A stretch of DNA of 64,000 nucleotides from contig NIVC01000713.1 in assembly GCA_002269645.1 (NCBI GenBank), forward strand, positions 310,001-374,000, read 5' to 3'. Below the pieces are notes generated by a model. That model was not told the DNA's origin. It did not search any database and worked only from the letters and a program-made list of their open reading frames with translations. This DNA is from Macrostomum lignano (Eukaryota). A program made the translations under genes and the position numbers. How positions within the stretch are numbered: position 1 is the first letter of the stretch; every line of letters starts with the position of its first letter. This document shows positions 55,701 through 64,000 of this stretch, one piece after another.

Positions 55701-57578
55701 TCCCAAGTCTCAGCAATCTGACCCCTCCCATCCCAAATCTCAGCAATCTGACCCCTCCCACCCCAAGTCTCAGCAATCTGACCCCTCCCATCCCAAGTCT
55801 CAGCAATCTGACCCCTCCCATCCCAAGTCTCAGCAATCTGACCCCCCCACCCCAAATCTCAGCAATCTGACCCCCCCATCCCAAATCTCAGCAATCTGAC
55901 CCCCTTCAAATCTCAGCAATCTGACCCCCTTAAAATCTCAGCAATCTGACCCCTCCCACCCCAAGTCTCAGCAATCTGACCCCTCCCATCCCAAATCTCA
56001 GCAATCTGACCCCTCCCATCCCAAGTCTCAGCAATCTGACCCCCCCATCCCAAGTCTCAGAAATCTGACCCCTCCCATCCCAAATCTCAGCAATCTGACT
56101 CCCCCATCCCAAATCTCAGCAATCTGACCCCTCCCATCCCAAGTCTCAGCAATCTGACCCCTCCCATCCCAAGTCTCAGCAATCTGACCCCCCCCCACCC
56201 CAAATCTCAGCAATCTGACCCCCCCATCCCAAATCTCACCAATCTGACCCCCTTCAAATCTCAGCAATCTGACCCCCTTCAAATCTCAGCAATCTGACCC
56301 CTCCCACCCCAAGTCTCAGCAATCTGACCCCTCCCATCCCAAGTCTCAGCAATCTGACCCCCTTCAAATCTCAGCAATCTGACCCCTCCCACCCCAAGTC
56401 TCAGCAATCTAACCCCTCCCACCCCAAGTCTCAGCAATCTGACCCCTCCCACCCCAAGTCTCAGCAATTTAACCCCTCCCATCCCAAGTCTCAGCAATCT
56501 GACCCCTCCCATCCCAAGTCTCAGCAATCTGACCCCTCCCATCCCAAGTCTCAGCAATCTGACCCCTCCTATCCCAAGTCTCAGCAATCTGACCCCTCCC
56601 ATCCCAAATCTCAGCAATCTGACCCCTCCCATCCCAAGTCTCAGCAATCTGACCCCTCCCATCCCAAGTCTCAGCAATCTGACCCCTCCCATCCCAAGTC
56701 TCAGCAATCTGACCCCTCCCATCCCAAGTCTCAGCAATCTGACCCCCCACCCCAAGTCTCAGCAATCTGACCCCTCCCATCCCAAGTCTCAGCAATCTGA
56801 CCCCCTTCAAATCTCAGCAATCTGACCCCCTTCAAATCTCAGCAATCTGACCCCTCCCACCCAAGTCTCAGCAATCTGACCCCTCCCATCCCAAGTCTCA
56901 GCAATCTGACCCCCCATCCCAAGTCTCAGCAATCTGACCCCTCCCATCCCAAATCTCAGCAATCTGACCCCTCCCATCCCAAGTCTCAGCAATCTGACCC
57001 CTCCCATCCCAAGTCTCAGCAATCTGACCCCTCCCATCCCAAATCTCAGCAATCTGACCCCTCCCATCCCAAGTCTCAGCAATCTGACCCCTCCCATCCC
57101 AAATCTCAGCAATCTGACCCCTCCCATCCCAAGTCTCAGCAATCTGACCCCTCCCATCCCAAGTCTCAGCAATCTGACCCCCCACCCCAAGTCTCAGCAA
57201 TCTGACCCCTATCCCAAATCTCAGCAATCTGACCCCCTTCAAATCTCAGCAATCTGACCCCTCCCACCCCAAGTCTCAGCAATCTGACCCCTCCCATCCC
57301 AAGTCTCAGCAATCTGACCCCCCATCCCAAATCTCAGCAATCTGACCCCCTTCAAATCTCAGCAATCTGACCCCCTTCAAATCTCAGCAATCTGACCCCC
57401 TTCAAATCTCAGCAATCTGACCCCCCCCTTATCCCAAGTCTCAGCAATCTGACCCCCCATCCCAAGTCTCAGCAATCTGACCCCTCCCATCCCAAATCTC
57501 AGCAATCTGACCCCTCCCATCCCAAGTCTCAGCAATCTGACCCCTCCCATCCCAAGTCTCAGCAATCTGACCCCCCAT
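52735..57578. repeat. 25-30-bp minisatellite (TCTCAGCAATCTGACCCCTCCCATCCCAAG), 4.8 kb
   Basis: Fills DHX33 intron 4; includes a 1097-bp block duplication. Confidence 0.97.
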
Positions 57579-57595
57579 TCATGCTAGCTAGTTAC

Positions 57596-58149
57596 CTCAG
57601 CCAGACAGCTCAGCTGGGGCTTGGCCGCCTCCAGCAGCACCCGGGCCATTCGCGGCTCCAGCGGCAACGCCAGCATATCCTTGCCAATTGGCGTCAATCT
57701 CCAGCCACTTTTAAGGCTACTACTAACAGTAGTAGTCAGCTCGGCCGCGCCCAGCTGTTTCAGCATGGCCAGACCGGCAGACACGCCAGCTGGCGGCAGT
57801 GGATCTAACAAAGGAAACTCAGCCGGCTGCTTGGCTCCAACGCCCAATAGGCTGAGCAGTGCGGTGCCCAGGCTGGCTCTGAGCAGCTCCGGCACCGGCT
57901 GTTCGGGCATCTGCTCCAGCAGCTCGGCGTTGGTGTACAGCCGGTGGCAGCAGCCGGGGCCTGACGGGCTGCCCGGCCGGCCCGCTGCCAGGCCTGAGCC
58001 TGGCTGATGCGCTCCACCGACAGCCGCTCGATCCAGGAGCCCGCGGCCGAGGCGGGGGCGGAGCGGACCTTGGCGCGGCCGCAGTCCACTACGCAGCGAA
58101 CTCCGGGTATCGTTAGGGAGGACTCGGCCAGGTTGGTTGCTAGGATCAC
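57596..58149 (-). CDS. DHX33: DHX33 exon 4 (motifs V, VI, HA2); contains apparent 1-nt frameshift near 57958
   Basis: [27 protein letters not shown] in one frame and CCHRLYT...[19 protein letters not shown] in another. Exon is 554 nt between two phase-0 sites (555 needed). Confidence 0.88.
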
Positions 58150-58197
58150 CTGGGGCGGGTGGGGGAGAGGAATTTAATACTGGAATGGTAGGATCGG

Positions 58198-59030
58198 AGG
58201 GGCACACAGACAGACAGAAACGCACAGACAGGAAGGCACATACCAGACAGGAAGGCAAACACAGGAAGGCACAGGCAGGAAGGCACATACCAGACAGGAA
58301 GGCAAACACAGGAAGGCACAGGCAGGAAGGCACATACCAGACAGGAAGGCAAACACAGGAAGGCACAGGCAGGAAGGCACAGACGGGAAGGCAGACAGGC
58401 ACAGACAGGAAGGCACAGGCAGGAAGGCACAGACAGGCACAGACAGGAAGGCACAGACAGGAAGGCACAGACAGGAAGGCACAGACTGGAAGGCACAGAC
58501 AGGCACAGACAGGAAGGCACAGACAGGAAGGCAAGGCAGGAAGGCACAGGCAGGAAGGCACAGACAGGCACAGACAGGAAGGCAAGGCAGGAAGGCACAG
58601 GCAGGAAGGCACAGACAGGCACAGACAGGAAGGCACAGACAGGAAGGCACAGACAGGAAGGCACAGACAGGAAGGCACAGACAGGAAGGCACAGACAGGA
58701 AGGCACAGACAGGAAGGCACAGACAGGAAGGCACAGACAGGCACAGACAGGAAGGCACAGACAGGAAGGCACAGACTGGAAGGCACAGGCAGGAAGGCAC
58801 AGGCAGGAAGGCACAGACAGGCACAGACAGGAAGGCACAGACAGGAAGGCACAGACAGGAAGGCACAGACAGGAAGGCACAGACAGGAAGGCACAGACTG
58901 GAAGGCACAGACAGGAAGGCACAGACAGGAAGGCACAGACAGGAAGGCACAGACAGGAAGGCACAGACAGGAAGGCACAGACAGGAAGGCACAGACAGGA
59001 AGGCACAGACAGGAAGGCACAGGCAGACTG
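58198..59030. repeat. 14-bp minisatellite (GCACAGACAGGAAG)
   Basis: Fills DHX33 intron 3. Confidence 0.96.
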
Positions 59031-59048
59031 ATCTACAGCAGCACTCAC

Positions 59049-59350
59049 TTTCCGCGCGGGTCTCTCTGTCTGGTCCAGCGGCGCCAGCGCTTTCAACTGC
59101 AGGCTGGCTGGCAAGGCGGCGTACAGCGGCAGCGGCAGGAGGCCGCCGTTGCCGCGGAGCTCCTGAGAGGCCTGGCGCAGCAGATGCCGCAACTCGGCGA
59201 TGTCATCCTCGCCGGTGAGGAACACGAGAATGTCGTGCGTCGGTTTCAGCGGCCGACTGCGGTGCAGCTGCAGGACGGCCACTAGGGCGGCAGAGACATA
59301 GTCGGAGACTGGACGGTCCACCGACATCAGCTCGATGGGGTACTGGCGGC
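59049..59350 (-). CDS. DHX33: DHX33 exon 3 (RecA2 start)
   Basis: CTTCCCAG|GC, GRQYPIE...[12 protein letters not shown]...PLYAALP, phase-0 donor GTGAGT. Confidence 0.94.
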
Positions 59351-59435
59351 CTGGGAAGGGGGAGGCATTGGAACAAGAAATCTTTAAGTAAGACTCTCAC
59401 GTGAAAAATGTTAAACAAGGAAGAAACGAAATATG

Positions 59436-61070
59436 AGACTACCTTTGTATCTACCGATTGAGCTACCTTTGTATCTACCGATTGAGCTACCTTCGTATCT
59501 ACCGATTGAGCTACCTTTGTATCTACCGATTGAGCTACCTTCGTATCTACCGATTGAGCTACCTTCGTATCTACCGATTGAGCTACCTTCGTATCTACCG
59601 ATTGAGCTACCTTCGTATCTACCGATTGAGCTACCTTCGTATCTACCGATTGAGCTACCTTCGTATCTACCGATTGAGCTACCTTCGTATCTACCGATTG
59701 AGCTACCTTCGTATCTACCGATTGAGCTACCTTCGTATCTACCGATTGAGCTACCTTCGTATCTACCGATTGAGCTACCTTCGTATCTACCGATTGAGCT
59801 ACCTTCGTATCTACCGATTGAGCTACCTTCGTATCTACCGATTGAGCTACCTTTGTATCTACCGATTGAGCTACCTTTGTATCTACCGATTGAGCTACCT
59901 TCGTATCTACCGATTGAGCTACCTTCGTATCTACCGATTGAGCTACCTTCGTATCTACCGATTGAGCTACCTTCGTATCTACCGATTGAGCTACCTTCGT
60001 ATCTACCGATTGAGCTACCTTCGTATCTACCGATTGAGCTACCTTCGTATCTACCGATTGAGCTACCTTCGTATCTACCGATTGAGCTACCTTCGTATCT
60101 ACCGATTGAGCTACCTTCGTATCTACCGATTGAGCTACCTTCGTATCTACCGATTGAGCTACCTTCGTATCTACCGATTGAGCTACCTTCGTATCTACCG
60201 ATTGAGCTACCTTCGTATCTACCGATTGAGCTACCTTTGTATCTACCGATTGAGCTACCTTTGTATCTACCGATTGAGCTACCTTCGTATCTACCGATTG
60301 AGCTACCTTCGTATCTACCGATTGAGCTACCTTTGTATCTACCGATTGAGCTACCTTCGTATCTACCGATTGAGCTACCTTCGTATCTACCGATTGAGCT
60401 ACCTTTGTATCTACCGATTGAGCTACCTTTGTATCTACCGATTGAGCTACCTTTGTATCTACCGATTGAGCTACCTTTGTATCTACCGATTGAGCTACCT
60501 TCGTATCTACCGATTGAGCTACCTTTGTATCTACCGATTGAGCTACCTTTGTATCTACCGATTGAGCTACCTTCGTATCTACCGATTGAGCTACCTTCGT
60601 ATCTACCGATTGAACTACCTTTGTATCTACCGATTGAGCTACCTTCGTATCTACCGATTGAGCTACCTTTGTATCTACCGATTGAGCTACCTTCGTATCT
60701 ACCGATTGAGCTACCTTCGTATCTACCGATTGAGCTACCTTTGTATCTACCGATTGAGCTACCTTCGTATCTACCGATTGAGCTACCTTCGTATCTACCG
60801 ATTGAGCTACCTTCGTATCTACCGATTGAGCTACCTTCGTATCTACCGATTGAGCTACCTTTGTATCTACCGATTGAGCTACCTTCGTATCTACCGATTG
60901 AGCTACCTTTGTATCTACCGATTGAGCTACCTTTGTATCTACCGATTGAGCTACCTTCGTATCTACCGATTGAGCTACCTTCGTATCTACCGATTGAACT
61001 ACCTTTGTATCTACCAATTGTGCTACCAAGATATCTACCATTTGAGCTACCATGCTATCTACTAATTTAT
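59436..61070. repeat. 24-bp minisatellite (GAGCTACCTT[C/T]GTATCTACCGATT)
   Basis: About 67 near-identical units in DHX33 intron 2. Confidence 0.97.
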
Positions 61071-61167
61071 CGACCATGTTATCTACCAATTAAAAACAAT
61101 TGAGCTACCGATAATAACTAAATTAGCTAACAACTAATTAAGCTATCAGAGTGTCGAAAGTCAAGCC

Positions 61168-61462
61168 ACTACAATACCTACTCACAAAGCTACTACAATA
61201 TCTACTCACACGGGCACTACAATATCTACTCACACAGCTACTACAATATCTACTCACAAATCTACTGCAATATCTACTCACAAGGCTACCACAATATCTA
61301 CTCACAAAGCTACTACAATATCTACTCACACAGCTACTACAATATCTACTCACACAGCTACTACAATATCTACTCACAAAGCCACTACAATATCTACTCA
61401 CAAATCTAATACAATATCTACTCACAAAGCTACTACAATATCTACTCACAAAGCTACCAGAA
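61168..61462. repeat. 24-bp minisatellite (TCTACTCACAAAGCTACTACAATA)
   Basis: Second array in DHX33 intron 2. Confidence 0.93.
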
Positions 61463-61498
61463 TACCTCAATACCCACAACAGACAGACAGACACTCAC

Positions 61499-61778
61499 CA
61501 GTAAGATACACCAGCTTGCTACCGGGAAAGAACCTACAGAATGGCTCAGGATCCAAGGTGGCTGACATTACCACCACCCGAAGCTCTGGCCGCTTATGCA
61601 TAGCCAATTTCACAACGCCAAACAGTAAATCCGTGGCCAGACTCCTCTCGTGAGCTTCGTCCAGTACAATGTGAGTGTAGCGAGTCAGCTGCGGATCCAG
61701 CAGGGACTCTCGCAGCAGCATGCCATCGGTCAGGAAAGTCAAAGCAGTGCCGGGCTTAACGCATTCTTCGAATCGGAC
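61499..61778 (-). CDS. DHX33: DHX33 exon 2 (motifs Ib, II DEAH, III SAT)
   Basis: TTCAG|GTC...VRFEE...TDGMLLRE...[16 protein letters not shown]...MSATLD. Phase-1 donor GTGAGT. Confidence 0.95.
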
Positions 61779-61794
61779 CTGAATTTATGGGGTA

Positions 61795-62890
61795 GAGCGG
61801 ATGGCAGCAGGGTAGAGTGGATGGCAGCAGGGGTAGAGTGGATGGGAAAAGGGGTAGAGTGGAAGGGAAGCAGGGGTAGAGTGGAAGGGAAGCAGGGGTA
61901 GAGTGGAAGGGAAGTAGGGGTAGAGTGGAAGGGAAGCAGGGGTAGAGTGGAAGGGAAGCAGGGGTAGAGTGGAAGGGAACAGGGGTAGAGTGGATGGGAA
62001 GCAGGGGTAGAGTGGATGGGAAGTAGGGGTAGAGTGGAAGGGAACAGGGGTAGAGTGGAAGGGTAGCAGGGTAGAGTGGATGGGAAGCAGGGGTAGAGTG
62101 GATGGGAAGTAGGGGTAGAGTGGAAGGGAACAGGGGTAGAGTGGATGGGAAGCAGGGGTAGAGTGGATGGGAAGTAGGGGTAGAGTGGAAGGGTAGCAGG
62201 GTAGAGTGGATGGCAGCAGGGGTAGAGTGGATGGCAGCAGGGGTAGAGTGGAAGGGAAAAGGGGTAGAGTGGATGGGAAGCAGGGGTAGAGTGGATGGGA
62301 AGTAGGGGTAGAGTGGAAGGGAACAGGGGTAGAGTGGAAGGGTAGCAGGGTAGAGTGGATGGCAGCAGGGGTAGAGTGGAAGGGAAAAGGGGTAGAGTGG
62401 ATGAGCAGGGGTAGAGTGGATGGGAAAAGGGGTAGAGTGGAATTGAACAGGGGTAGAGTGGATGAGCAGGGGTAGAGTGGATGGGGTAGAGTGGAATTGA
62501 ACAGGGGTAGAGTGGAATTGAACAGGGGTAGAGTGGATGGAAAGCAGGGGTAGAGTGGAAGGGAAGTAGGGGTAGAGTGGAAGGGAAGTAGGGGTAGGGT
62601 GGAAGGGAAGTAGGGGTAGTGGATGGGAAGTAGGGGTAGAGTGGAAGGGAAGTAGGGGTAGAGTGGAAGGGAACAGGGGTAGAGTGGATGGGAAGCAGGG
62701 GTAGAGTGGAAGGGAACAGGGGTAGAGTGGATGGGAAGTAGGGATAGAGTGGATGGGAAGTAGGGATAGAGTGGATGGGAAGTAGGGATAGAGTGGATGG
62801 GAACAGGGGTGGAGTGGAATTGAACAGGGGTAGAGTGGATGGGAAGCAGGGGTAGAGTAGATGGGAAGCAGGGGTAGAGTGGATGGGTAG
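61795..62890. repeat. ~22-bp purine-rich minisatellite (GGGGTAGAGTGGAAGGGAAGCA)
   Basis: Fills DHX33 intron 1. Confidence 0.96.
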
Positions 62891-62949
62891 AGTGGAGAGC
62901 AGGAAACATCACCTTAGCAAACCAACCACAACCAGTGCATCAAACAAAC

Positions 62950-63489
62950 CTTGTAGCCAACAAAGGAACCAAGCGGCCCATTGTTGGCCTCCAGTGCCAC
63001 TCGCTGAGCCAAACTGATGGCGGCAATGCGCCTCGGCTGAGTGATAGCTACCCGGGTCTGCTTACTGCCCGAGGCTGCTTCTAAAAGAAACTGCGGCACC
63101 TGGGTACTCTTGCCAGATCCGGTGGACGATATCAAAACTAAACACCTGTGCTGCCGGATGCAGGCCAGCAGGTCGCGCCTGTGCTGCCAAATTGGCAAAC
63201 TGCGCCTCTCTTCTAGAAGAGGGTTGTTATCGGCAATACTACTAGCGCTAGTAGTAGTTAATGGATTCGTATCCGCGGTCATGTCAGCAGCAGCAGGACG
63301 AGTTTGATGATGTTGTTTCTGCCATTTCATCTTCCTTAATAACATCTTTTGCTGTTTGCGATGCTTTGCTTTGCTTTGATTTTGTACAGAATGCTGTTGC
63401 TGCTGCCGCAGATCTTGCTTCTTCTGTTGCTTGTGACCGTGACCGTGACGGTGCTTGTGCTTTGGCTTGTGCTTGCCGCCTTTGCTCAT
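62950..63489 (-). CDS. DHX33: DEAH-box RNA helicase DHX33, exon 1 (upstream in-frame ATG at 63540 possible)
   Basis: Basic K/H/Q-rich N-terminus, then RRSLPIW, motif [32 protein letters not shown]. Phase-0 donor GTTTGT. Confidence 0.9.
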
Positions 63490-63594
63490 TGCTGTGTTAG
63501 CTTTCTGCCATGAACAGAAATTATGGACATGAAATGCCATGAGAGGGCGATTCTCAAGGGGCCGTAACAAACTCGACTTTAATACTTTGAACTT

Positions 63595-64000
63595 AAAGAA
63601 ATAGGGCTATTCTCAATGAGATTCGAGACCAACTGATGAGATTGAGGGCGATTCTCAATGGGATTGATGGCTATTCTCAATGGGATTCGAGACTAACTGA
63701 TGAGATTGATGGCGATTCTCAATGGGATTGATGGCTATTCTCAATGGGATTCGAGACTAACTGATAAGATTGAGGGCTATTCTCAATGGGATTCGAGACT
63801 AACTGATAAGATTGAGGGCTATTCTCAATGAGATTCGAGACTAACTGATAAGATTGAGGGCTATTCTCAATGGGATTCGAGACTAACTGATAAGATTGAG
63901 GGCTATTCTCAATGAGATTCGAGACTAACTGATGAGATTGAGGGCTATTCTCAATGAGATTCGAGACTAACTGATAAGATTGAGGGCTATTCTCAATGAG
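63595..64000. repeat. ~42-bp minisatellite (CTATTCTCAATGAGATTCGAGACTAACTGATAAGATTGAGGG), runs off window
   Basis: Immediately upstream of the DHX33 start. Confidence 0.93.

Noticed and set aside
57584-59327. 393-478-aa Cys-rich ORFs spanning DHX33 intron 3
   Set aside because: Read-through of a 14-bp repeat. The intron is 899 nt (not divisible by 3) with canonical splice sites, so retention would break the frame.
59203-61103. Long ORFs (VAQSVDTK)n, (PSYLPIEL)n, (SYLRIYRL)n
   Set aside because: Translations of an intronic 24-bp satellite lying between two phase-matched DHX33 exons.

Overview
Eukaryotic (animal) genomic DNA with GT-AG introns, GC-rich homopolymer-rich exons and introns filled with micro/minisatellites. 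The style suggests a free-living flatworm such as Macrostomum (inference only). I hand-assembled three well-supported multi-exon genes with consistent splice phases: (1) a minus-strand Ack-like/PR2-type tyrosine kinase (SAM-kinase-SH3-CRIB, ~9255 to 233); (2) a small plus-strand tau/MAP2-like protein (42506-48979) whose last coding exon is interrupted by a 1293-bp hAT-type element with 14-bp TIRs and an 8-bp TSD; (3) a minus-strand DHX33-type DEAH helicase (63489-51213) with an apparent 1-nt frameshift. A fourth, unrecognised minus-strand gene probably starts at 30033 and may continue through a phase-consistent exon chain that includes a 7-nt microexon. Also present: a second hAT-type MITE, a decayed Tc1/IS630 transposase, two LINE fragments, a tRNA-derived SINE, a foldback-like inverted satellite pair, a 3-kb almost CpG-free island and about 30 tandem arrays. 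Most long ORFs in the track are repeat artefacts. No prokaryotic system, CRISPR array, rRNA or intact tRNA was seen.
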